32,000 nt of DNA, from assembly GCF_003010495.1 (NCBI RefSeq), contig NZ_CP027570.1, positions 2,430,001 through 2,462,000 on the forward strand. The letters are read 5' to 3'. Both the position numbers and the translations under genes were made by a program. The stretch is from Megasphaera elsdenii DSM 20460 (GTDB lineage Bacteria; Bacillota; Negativicutes; Veillonellales; Megasphaeraceae). The notes beneath the pieces were generated by a model that saw nothing but the letters and a program-made list of their open reading frames with translations, made no database searches and had not been told where the DNA came from. Below, in pieces: positions 25,341-32,000 of this stretch. Numbering within the stretch: the stretch's first letter is position 1; each line of letters opens with the position of its first letter.

Positions 25341-25829
25341 TTACTTAGACTCCTTTACGTAATTGATCAAGCCGCCAGCCTGGGCGATATCCTGGATGAA
25401 ACCCGGCAGCGGCGGGGCCTGGAAAGTATCGCCCGTTGTCTTGTCGATGATCTTCCCCGTACTGAGGTCGATGGAAAGGATGTCACCGGCCTTGATCTTT
25501 TCGACGTCGTCGCCGATTTCCAGGGCCGGCAGGCCGACGTTGATGGCGTTGCGGTAAAAGATGCGGGCGAAGCTGGCCGCAATGACGACGGGAACGCCCG
25601 AAGCCTTGATGGCAATCGGCGCGTGTTCACGGGACGAGCCGCAGCCGAAGTTGTGGCCGCCGACCATGATGTCCCCTTCTTTGACATTGCCGGCAAAAGT
25701 TTCGTCAATGTCGACCATGCAGTGCGTGGCCAATTCCTTCGGGTCGAAGCTGTTCAAATAACGAGCCGGGATGATTACGTCTGTATCGATATTGTCGCCG
25801 TAGCGCCATACTTTTCCTTCTAATGTCAT
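25341..25829 (-). CDS. leuD: 3-isopropylmalate dehydratase small subunit
   Basis: 162 aa starting at MTLEGKVWRYGDNIDTDVIIPARYL (ATG 25829), 3 nt after the leuC stop. It carries the GGHNFGCGSSREHAP motif. The longer track ORF (to 25967) overlaps leuC and is rejected. Confidence 0.9.
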   Translation of the reverse strand: MTLEGKVWRYGDNIDTDVIIPARYLNSFDPKELATHCMVDIDETFAGNVKEGDIMVGGHNFGCGSSREHAPIAIKASGVPVVIAASFARIFYRNAINVGLPALEIGDDVEKIKAGDILSIDLSTGKIIDKTTGDTFQAPPLPGFIQDIAQAGGLINYVKESK

Positions 25830-25831
25830 GA

Positions 25832-27091
25832 TTAACGGACCTCCTTCGGTGCGGCAATCTTGCCGAGAATCGCACTGGCTGCGGCCACCTGAGGACCAGC
25901 CAGGTAAACTTCGCTGTCGACGTGACCCATGCGGCCGCGGAAGTTGCGGTTCGTCGTGGAGACACATTTTTCACCAGCCGTCATGATGCCCATGTAGCCG
26001 CCCAGGCAGGGGCCGCAGGTCGGCGTCGAAACGGCACAGCCGGCGGTGATGAAGGTTTCAATATAACCGGCCTTCATGGCTTCCATGTAGACGTGCTGGC
26101 TGCCGGGAATGACGATGCAGCGCACATCAGGATGGACCTTATGGCCTTTCAAAATATCTGCAGCGATTTTCAAATCTTCCAGACGGCCATTGGTACAGGA
26201 CCCGATGACGACCTGGTCGATCTTGATGTCGCCGAAAGTGCCGATGACCTTGGTGTTTTCCGGCAAATGCGGGAAGGCGACGACCGGCTTTAATTCGGAC
26301 AAGTTGATTTCCACAGTCCGGCTGTAATGAGCATCTTCGTCGGCCGTGACGATGTCGTAGCCATCGGGGACGCGTCCCTTTTCATAGGCCATGGTCTGTT
26401 CATCGACGGGGAAAATGCCGTTCTTGGCACCGGCTTCGATAGCCATGTTGGCAATGGTGAAGCGGTCGGTCATATCCAGGGCGGCAACGCCTTCGCCAGT
26501 AAATTCCAGGGACTGGTAGAGGGCACCGTCGACGCCGATCATGCCGATAAGGGTCAGCATGACGTCTTTCCCGGTAATGTCGTCCGGTTTCGTGCCCGTC
26601 AGGTGGACGTTGATGGCATCGGGGACCTTGAACCAGGCCTTGCCCGTCGCCATGGCAACGCCTAAGTCCGTCGAACCGACGCCTGTGGAGAAACCACCGA
26701 GAGCACCATACGTACAGGTATGGGAATCTGCACCGATGGTCAACATGCCCGGAGCGACGATGCCCTGTTCCGGCAGGAGGACGTGTTCAATGCCGACGCG
26801 GCCGACTTCAAAGTAATGCGTAATGCCGTGCTTCTTGGCAAAATCGCGGACGATCTTGGCCAAGCCGGCCGACTTGATATCCTTATTCGGCGTAAAATGG
26901 TCTGGAACCAGGGAAATCTTCGTCTTATCGAAGACGGGCTTGCCAATCTTATTGAACTGTGCAATGGCCGGAGGAGCCGTAATATCGTTGGCCAGGACCA
27001 TATCGAGATTACAAGTAATTAAATCACCCGGTTTCACCGAGTCGACGCCGGCATGTTTTGCCAGGATTTTCTGCGTCATCGTCATACCCAT
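25832..27091 (-). CDS. leuC: 3-isopropylmalate dehydratase large subunit (short, about 420-aa type)
   Basis: Aconitase-family motifs are present: [30 protein letters not shown] and NRNFRGRMG. The track start GTG 27103 overlaps the RBS AAGGAG (27103..27108), so I prefer ATG 27091 ([10 protein letters not shown]). Confidence 0.9.
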   Translation of the reverse strand: MGMTMTQKILAKHAGVDSVKPGDLITCNLDMVLANDITAPPAIAQFNKIGKPVFDKTKISLVPDHFTPNKDIKSAGLAKIVRDFAKKHGITHYFEVGRVGIEHVLLPEQGIVAPGMLTIGADSHTCTYGALGGFSTGVGSTDLGVAMATGKAWFKVPDAINVHLTGTKPDDITGKDVMLTLIGMIGVDGALYQSLEFTGEGVAALDMTDRFTIANMAIEAGAKNGIFPVDEQTMAYEKGRVPDGYDIVTADEDAHYSRTVEINLSELKPVVAFPHLPENTKVIGTFGDIKIDQVVIGSCTNGRLEDLKIAADILKGHKVHPDVRCIVIPGSQHVYMEAMKAGYIETFITAGCAVSTPTCGPCLGGYMGIMTAGEKCVSTTNRNFRGRMGHVDSEVYLAGPQVAAASAILGKIAAPKEVR

Positions 27092-27152
27092 ATGTATATA
27101 CACTCCTTAATATGTCACTAAAATCTAATACAGCTAAGTTTCTATCATGCTT

Positions 27153-27240
27153 GAGTTTGATGTGGTAGGTTTGATGTTTGATGTAAGTGATTTTACGTCA
27201 AACATCAAACATCAAACCTCAAACACCAAACATCAAACTC
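27153..27240. repeat. 88-nt imperfect palindrome built from GTTTGAN heptad repeats in the leuA-leuC spacer
   Basis: The outer arms are GAGTTTGATG (27153..27162) and CATCAAACTC (27231..27240). The inner arms are a perfect 18-nt match, AGGTTTGATGTTTGATGT with ACATCAAACATCAAACCT. On the transcribed (minus) strand the 5' arm is six tandem heptads: GTTTGAT GTTTGGT GTTTGAG GTTTGAT GTTTGAT GTTTGAC. Confidence 0.8.
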
Positions 27241-28982
27241 TAATGCTGACCCGACGTGGCTTTGAAGGCCGTAATCGTATCCGGCGTGGACTTGAGGGCC
27301 CGGAACTTGACGCGCTGGGCCATGCCGTCCATGCGGTTAATAGCCGTCATGAAGGCGAAGATGGAAGCCGTAATGGTGTCCGTATCGACGCCAGCGCCCC
27401 AGGTCGTATGGCCGGCTTTATCAGTCAGGCCGAAGTAAGCAATGCCGCGGGAATCAGAATCGCGGTCCAAATCGTGTTCACTGTAGACGAGGTTGCTGAA
27501 TTCGATGCCATAGGCTTTGCAGACAGCGTTGCTGACGGCATTCAGCTGGCCGTTGCCAGCCCCTTCGAGGACGACTTCTTCGTCATTGGCGCGGACCAGG
27601 ACTTTGCCGACCCATTTGTCGCCTTTCTTCTTGAGCGAGAAGTCTTCGACTTTCAGCGGCGTTTCGGCATTGAGGTAATTCTTCTGGAAGACGTCGTAGA
27701 TTTCGGCCGGTTTCAGTTCCTGATGCTTGTGGTCCGAAACTTCCTTGACGAAGTAGCTGAAGTCTTCGCGCATCTTCTTCGGCATATCGATGCCGTAGTT
27801 CTGTTCCATAATGAAGCCTACGCCGCCCTTGCCGGACTGGCTGTTGATGCGGATGACGTCGGCATCGTACGTGCGGCCCACATCATGCGGGTCGATGTAC
27901 AGATACGGGCAGGTCCAGTACTGTTCGTTGTTTTCCTGGCGGAAATGCATGCCCTTGGCGATGGCGTCCTGATGGGAACCGGAGAAAGCGGCGAAGACCA
28001 GCTGGCCGGCATAAGGCTGACGTGGATGGACATGCATGCGGGTCACTCGTTCGTATGTTTCCACCAGTTTCGGCATGTTGGAGAAATCCAGGCCCGGATC
28101 GACGCCTAAGGCATACATGTTCATGCCGATGGTGACGATGTCGGCGTTGCCCGTCCGTTCACCATTGCCGAACAGGGTCCCTTCAACGCGGTCCGCGCCG
28201 GCGAGCATAGCCATTTCAGCATCGGCAACGCCTGTGCCGCGGTCATTGTGGGGATGAACCGATAAGATGACGTTGTCCCGGTATTTCAAGTTCTGCGACA
28301 TATAGGCAATCTGCGAAGCGAAGACGTGAGGCATGGACATCTGTACCGTCGACGGCAGGTTGATGATGGCCTTGCGGTCAGCCGTCGGTTTCCAAACATC
28401 GAGGACGGCATTGCAGACTTCCAACGCATATTCCGGTTCCGTACCGGTGAAGCTTTCCGGCGAATATTCAAAGCGGAAGTTGGCACCGGCTTCGTCCGTC
28501 AGGCGCTGTAATAATTTCGCACCGTCAACGGCAATCTGCTTGATTTCTTCCTTCGATTTGCGGAAGACCTGCTGGCGCTGGGCAAAGGACGTGGAATTGT
28601 AAACATGGACGATAGCGTTCTTGACGCCCTTCAGGGCGTCGAAGGTCTTGCGGATGATGTGTTCGCGAGCCTGGGTCAGGACTTGGACCGTGACATCATC
28701 AGGAATCATATCGTGATCAACTAAGTAGCGCAGGAATTCAAATTCCGTTTCCGAAGCAGCCGGGAAGCCGACTTCGATTTCCTTGAACCCCATACCGACT
28801 AAGACTTTATAGAATTCAATCTTTTCTTCAAGGCTCATAGGAATGATGAGGGCCTGGTTACCATCGCGCAAATCGACGCTGCACCAAATCGGCGCTTTAT
28901 CGGGATATTCTTTCTGTGTCCAGGACATATCGACAGCGGGGGGCATAAAGTAACCTTTTTTGTAATGTTCTACGTTTTTCAT
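27240..28982 (-). CDS. leuA: 2-isopropylmalate synthase (long, about 580-aa LeuA type)
   Basis: 580 aa with WCSVDLRDGNQAL, SVHPHNDRGTGVA and a C-terminal LeuA allosteric/dimerisation domain. RBS AGGAGAG lies 7 nt upstream of ATG 28982. Confidence 0.9.
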   Translation of the reverse strand: MKNVEHYKKGYFMPPAVDMSWTQKEYPDKAPIWCSVDLRDGNQALIIPMSLEEKIEFYKVLVGMGFKEIEVGFPAASETEFEFLRYLVDHDMIPDDVTVQVLTQAREHIIRKTFDALKGVKNAIVHVYNSTSFAQRQQVFRKSKEEIKQIAVDGAKLLQRLTDEAGANFRFEYSPESFTGTEPEYALEVCNAVLDVWKPTADRKAIINLPSTVQMSMPHVFASQIAYMSQNLKYRDNVILSVHPHNDRGTGVADAEMAMLAGADRVEGTLFGNGERTGNADIVTIGMNMYALGVDPGLDFSNMPKLVETYERVTRMHVHPRQPYAGQLVFAAFSGSHQDAIAKGMHFRQENNEQYWTCPYLYIDPHDVGRTYDADVIRINSQSGKGGVGFIMEQNYGIDMPKKMREDFSYFVKEVSDHKHQELKPAEIYDVFQKNYLNAETPLKVEDFSLKKKGDKWVGKVLVRANDEEVVLEGAGNGQLNAVSNAVCKAYGIEFSNLVYSEHDLDRDSDSRGIAYFGLTDKAGHTTWGAGVDTDTITASIFAFMTAINRMDGMAQRVKFRALKSTPDTITAFKATSGQH

Positions 28983-29041
28983 ACTGCATCTCTCCTATGA
29001 TTATGAAATAAATTTAAAATAAATCATTACACAATCAAAAT

Positions 29042-29300
29042 AAAAAAATCTTCCGTCTCAAAGAGACGAAAGATTATACTTACGCGTTACCACTCTAATT
29101 CCTATCCGAAGATAGGCTCTCTACAGGTACGGACAACTGTCGATACCCTCCTGTCTGTTAACGGCCAGGCCCCGGCTCCACCTACTCCTTTTGTTTCAGC
29201 GAGCTGCTTAGAGATGAGTTCTGTTCCGTGCCGCTGCTGCCTCACACCACCCGGCAGCTCTCTGGAAACATTCCGGAACTTACTAGTTCTCTTCAACGCA
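29042..29300 (-). promoter_or_regulatory. T-box riboswitch leader, Leu-specific (specifier CUC), controlling leuACDB
   Basis: Minus-strand elements, in order:
- Stem I with GA/AGUA motifs (GAAGAGAACUAGUAAG) and the distal AGAGAGC...GGUGGUGUGAGG.
- Specifier loop GAA-CUC-A, codon at 29216..29218.
- Stem III CCUAUCUUCGGAUAGG.
- T-box sequence AAUUAGAGUGGUAACGCG (29083..29100).
- Terminator AAUCUUUCGUCUC-UUUG-AGACGGAAGAUUUUUUUA (29042..29075). Confidence 0.85.
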
Positions 29301-29336
29301 TTTTTATTTTGGATTGTTTGTCTGTTGACGCTTTGT

Positions 29337-29365
29337 ATGTTATCATACCCTTTTGTAATTTGCAA
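29337..29365 (-). promoter_or_regulatory. Promoter of the leu operon
   Basis: The minus strand reads TTGCAA-17 nt-TAACAT with an extended -10 (TGATAACAT). The -35 is at 29360..29365 and the -10 at 29337..29342, about 30 nt upstream of Stem I. Confidence 0.5.
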
Positions 29366-29506
29366 GGATTTTTCCAGAACTTTTCCGAATATTTTTAGCT
29401 TAAACGTGGTACTTTATTTAAGAAAAACCAGTAAAACCAGGTTTAACGTTTATCTTTATGCAAGTCTTCTCCTATACTCCCGCCCCTATCTTTTTCCCTT
29501 GATTAA

Positions 29507-29515
29507 TGCTATAAT
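29507..29515 (+). promoter_or_regulatory. Possible extended -10 promoter for cshA
   Basis: TGCTATAAT (TGn + TATAAT) lies 30 nt upstream of ATG 29545. There is no good -35. Confidence 0.3.
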
Positions 29516-29544
29516 AAATAAGTTACACAACAAGGAGGAAGTAC

Positions 29545-31125
29545 ATGTTAGAACAATTCCAAAATTTGAATATTAGCGAAGTCATTATCCGCGCTCTCAA
29601 CGAAATGGGCTTTGAAGAACCGACGCCAATCCAGGCTGAATCGATTCCTGTCGCCATGAGCGGCAGCGACATGATTGGTCAGGCCCAGACCGGTACGGGT
29701 AAGACCGCTGCCTATGGCATCCCGGTCCTGGAAAAAATCCTGAAAGCCGAACCGTCCAAGGATATCCAGACCGTCGTCCTGTCGCCGACGCGTGAACTGG
29801 CCATGCAGGTCGCCGAAGAACTGAACCACCTGGCCCAGTTCACCAACATCCAGGCCCTGCCGATCTACGGTGGCCAAGATATGGAACGCCAGCTGCGCCG
29901 CCTGCGCAAATGCCCGCAGATCATCGTCGCTACGCCGGGCCGCCTCATCGACCATATGAAACGCGGCACCATCGATTTGAGTCACATTACGACTATCGTC
30001 CTCGACGAAGCCGACGAAATGCTGGACATGGGCTTCATCGATGACATCAACATCATCATGGCCGCTACGCCGAACACGCGCCAGACCCTGCTCTTCTCGG
30101 CTACCATGCCCAAACCGATTCAACAGCTGGCCGAAACGTTCCTGCACGACCCGCTCATCATCCGCATGAAGGCCAAAGAAGTCACGATGGACCTCATCGA
30201 ACAGTCTTACATCGAAGTGCCGGACCGCCAAAAATTCGACATCCTCTGTCGTCTCCTGGACCTGCAGGAACCGGACCTGGCCATCATCTTCGTCCGCACC
30301 AAGCGCCGCGTCGACGAAGTATCGGAAGCCCTCAAGAAGCGTGGATATTCCGCCGAAGGTATCCACGGCGATCTGACCCAGGCGAAGCGCGACACGGTCA
30401 TCCGCCAGTTCCGTGAAAAGACCATCGACATCCTCGTCGCTACAGACGTTGCCGCCCGCGGCCTCGACATCAGCGGCGTCACGCACGTCTTCAACTACGA
30501 CCTGCCTCAGGACCCGGAAAGCTACGTCCACCGCGTCGGCCGTACCGGCCGTGCCGGCCAGAGCGGCGAAGCGACGACCTTCGTCATTCCCCGCGAAATG
30601 GAACACTTGCGGACCATCGAACGGCTCATCAAGCGCCGCATCACCCGCCGCAAGGCACCGACCTTCTCGGAAGCCCTGGAAGGCGCCCAGCAGGCAGCCA
30701 TCCGCAGCCTGATCACGACGACAGAAGAAGGCAATTTCGGGACGTACAAAGAAAATGCCGAAGAACTCCTGTCCAACTACGACTCGGCTGCTCTCGTAGC
30801 TGCTGCCATCAAGCTCTTGACGAAAGAACCGGACACGACGCCAGTTAAGATCACCGAAGAAGCCCCGCTCCGCGTCCACCGCAGCCGCAACAACCGCGGC
30901 GACCGCAATAACCGCCGCTACAACCGTAACGACCGCCGGGGAGACCGCCGCAACCGCAAAGACGACGGTGAAGGCAACAGTGAACACCGCGGTGAACGAC
31001 GCCGCCATTTCGCTCCCAAGAATCGGGACAACAACCGCAATAATTCCCGCAACAACCAGCGCCGTGAAAATAAACAGCATAAAGAACCGAACCGTTCCGT
31101 ATTCAAACCTTATTTTAAGGATTGA
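29545..31125 (+). CDS. cshA: DEAD-box ATP-dependent RNA helicase CshA
   Basis: 526 aa with Q motif GFEEPTPIQ, motif I AQTGTGKTAA, DEAD (VLDEADEM), SAT, VATDVAARGLDI and HRVGRTGRAG. It is collinear with B. subtilis CshA as I recall it, including the Arg/Asn/Asp-rich C-terminal tail. RBS AAGGAGGAAG precedes the ATG. Confidence 0.9.
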   Translation: MLEQFQNLNISEVIIRALNEMGFEEPTPIQAESIPVAMSGSDMIGQAQTGTGKTAAYGIPVLEKILKAEPSKDIQTVVLSPTRELAMQVAEELNHLAQFTNIQALPIYGGQDMERQLRRLRKCPQIIVATPGRLIDHMKRGTIDLSHITTIVLDEADEMLDMGFIDDINIIMAATPNTRQTLLFSATMPKPIQQLAETFLHDPLIIRMKAKEVTMDLIEQSYIEVPDRQKFDILCRLLDLQEPDLAIIFVRTKRRVDEVSEALKKRGYSAEGIHGDLTQAKRDTVIRQFREKTIDILVATDVAARGLDISGVTHVFNYDLPQDPESYVHRVGRTGRAGQSGEATTFVIPREMEHLRTIERLIKRRITRRKAPTFSEALEGAQQAAIRSLITTTEEGNFGTYKENAEELLSNYDSAALVAAAIKLLTKEPDTTPVKITEEAPLRVHRSRNNRGDRNNRRYNRNDRRGDRRNRKDDGEGNSEHRGERRRHFAPKNRDNNRNNSRNNQRRENKQHKEPNRSVFKPYFKD

Positions 31126-31129
31126 TGTG

Positions 31130-31164
31130 AAAAAAGGAGCTGTCGCAAAGCGACAGCTCCTTTT
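31130..31164 (+). terminator. Rho-independent terminator of cshA
   Basis: AAAAAGGAGCTGTCGC-AAA-GCGACAGCTCCTTTTG, a perfect 11-bp stem starting 5 nt after the stop codon. Confidence 0.75.
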
Positions 31165-31359
31165 GTGGTTCGTTTGGCGTAATTCGTTTGCCGAAAATCT
31201 GCACAAATACAGCACAGGCTGTTCACAGAATTCGCGCGGGCGCCCGGTATGGGCGCCCCTACGCTGACCTGCGGCTTGCTCCATTACGACAAACGCCCCA
31301 CGGCAAACGGCAAACGTGAAAAAAAAGCTTCATGTATGACGTCAGAGGCTTTTTCATGC

Positions 31360-32000
31360 TTACTGCAGCGCGTCCCAGGCGTTGGCGACGTCGGCAAATT
31401 CCTGCAGGGACAGGGTTTCGCCCCGGCGCTTGCCGTCGATACCGGATTTTTCCAGTACCTGGACAATCTGTTCCTTGCTCATGCCCGTATTCTTCAAGGC
31501 ATTGGCAAAGGTCTTGCGGCGCTGCTGGAAAGCGGCCTTGACGACCTGGAAGAAGCGCTTTTCATCGAGCAAATCGACAGGCGGCTTCTGGCGGACATCC
31601 ATGGAGACGACGGCCGACGTGACTTCCGGCGCCGGCATGAAGCATTTCGGTGAGATTTCAAAAAGCATCTGAGGCTTCGTATAATACTGGACCGAGACGG
31701 ACAGGGCGCCGTAAATCTTATGGCCTGGTTCGGCCACCATGCGTTCAGCCACTTCCTTCTGGACCATGACGACGATGCGCTTGATAGGCAGCTTCTGTTC
31801 CAGGAGCTTCATGATAATCGGCGTCGTAATATAGTATGGCAAATTGGCGCAGACCGTAAAGGGCTGGTGGTTCATGACTTCTTCGATATCGATGCGCAGG
31901 ATATCGCCGTGGACGACGCGCACGTTGTCATAGTGTTCCAGCGTCTTGTCGAGGACGGGCAGCAGATGGTCGTCCAGTTCGACAGCCGTCACAGCCGCTC
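31360..32000 (-). CDS. rsmA: 16S rRNA (adenine1518-N6/adenine1519-N6)-dimethyltransferase RsmA/KsgA; the N-terminus is off the window
   Basis: The frame is open to the window edge. It carries VCANLPYYITTPIIMKLLE and the C-terminal FFQVVKAAFQQRRKT motifs. The apparent start at 31992 falls inside the conserved methyltransferase fold, so the gene continues beyond 32000. Confidence 0.9.
   Translation of the reverse strand, partial: AAVTAVELDDHLLPVLDKTLEHYDNVRVVHGDILRIDIEEVMNHQPFTVCANLPYYITTPIIMKLLEQKLPIKRIVVMVQKEVAERMVAEPGHKIYGALSVSVQYYTKPQMLFEISPKCFMPAPEVTSAVVSMDVRQKPPVDLLDEKRFFQVVKAAFQQRRKTFANALKNTGMSKEQIVQVLEKSGIDGKRRGETLSLQEFADVANAWDALQ

Noticed and set aside
25830-25967. The upstream extension of the leuD ORF.
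   Set aside because: It overlaps the conserved 3' end of leuC in another frame. MTLEGKVWRYGDNIDTD is the canonical LeuD N-terminus.
27147-27240. Whether the tandem repeats could be a CRISPR array or a coding minisatellite.
   Set aside because: The units are 7 nt with no spacers, and the two halves are reverse complements of each other. Stop codons occur in the mRNA-strand frames.
27147-28109. A 320-aa + ORF starting in the leuA-leuC spacer.
   Set aside because: Its N-terminus is just the translated heptad repeat (FDVVGLMFDV...NIKHQTSNTKHQT). The rest is antisense to leuA.
29102-29576. ORFs 29102..29365 (-) and 29214..29576 (+).
   Set aside because: They lie within the T-box leader and the divergent promoter region. 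They have no RBS, and the sequence is fully explained by RNA structure.
29548-31284. A 578-aa ORF on the minus strand covering the whole cshA gene.
   Set aside because: It is exactly antisense to a textbook DEAD-box helicase carrying every motif. Its translation is Ala/Gly/Arg/Val/Asp-rich low-information sequence with no recognisable domain, RBS or start context. This is a GC3 shadow frame.
31249-31672. The + ORFs 31249..31653 and 31382..31672.
   Set aside because: They are antisense to rsmA or lie within the repeat spacer. They have no RBS or motifs.

Overview
This window is mostly core housekeeping DNA from a Firmicutes-type chromosome. Supporting signs are a T-box leader, a topA-trmFO-hslVU cluster and a Bacillus-like cshA. 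Strong GC3 bias and gene content suggest a Negativicutes/Megasphaera-like organism, but that is only a guess. Almost every gene is on the minus strand.

Gene order by coordinate:
- 3'-truncated Cache/HAMP/GGDEF diguanylate cyclase
- morphogenesis super-operon, read right to left: mreB-mreC-mreD-mrdA(PBP2)-minD-like-rodA-radical SAM (TIGR03960)-DUF2344 (TIGR03936)-cbiL-like-rng
- ECF-transporter S component with a structured leader
- small accessory patch: intact IS1182-family element, hicAB toxin-antitoxin, a 26-codon integrase remnant, and tRNA-Leu(UAG)
- DUF898-like membrane protein (+)
- rlmI, hslU, hslV, trmFO, topA
- leuA-leuC-leuD-leuB operon behind a Leu (CUC) T-box leader
- cshA DEAD-box helicase (+)
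- 5'-truncated rsmA/ksgA

I found no large novel multi-gene system. The points most worth following up are:
- the unknown-function radical SAM/DUF2344 pair, with an orphan CbiL-type methylase translationally coupled into the rodA-rng operon
- a divergent MinD with no MinC or MinE at the canonical min position
- an 88-nt hairpin built from GTTTGAN heptads that starts at the leuA stop codon, with a half-copy touching the IS end
- an unclassified riboswitch-like leader on the ECF S-component gene
- a family of near-identical CTGTCGC-stem terminators
- a heptad-repeat/GC-palindrome spacer between cshA and rsmA

The many long ORFs antisense to these genes are GC3 shadow frames.
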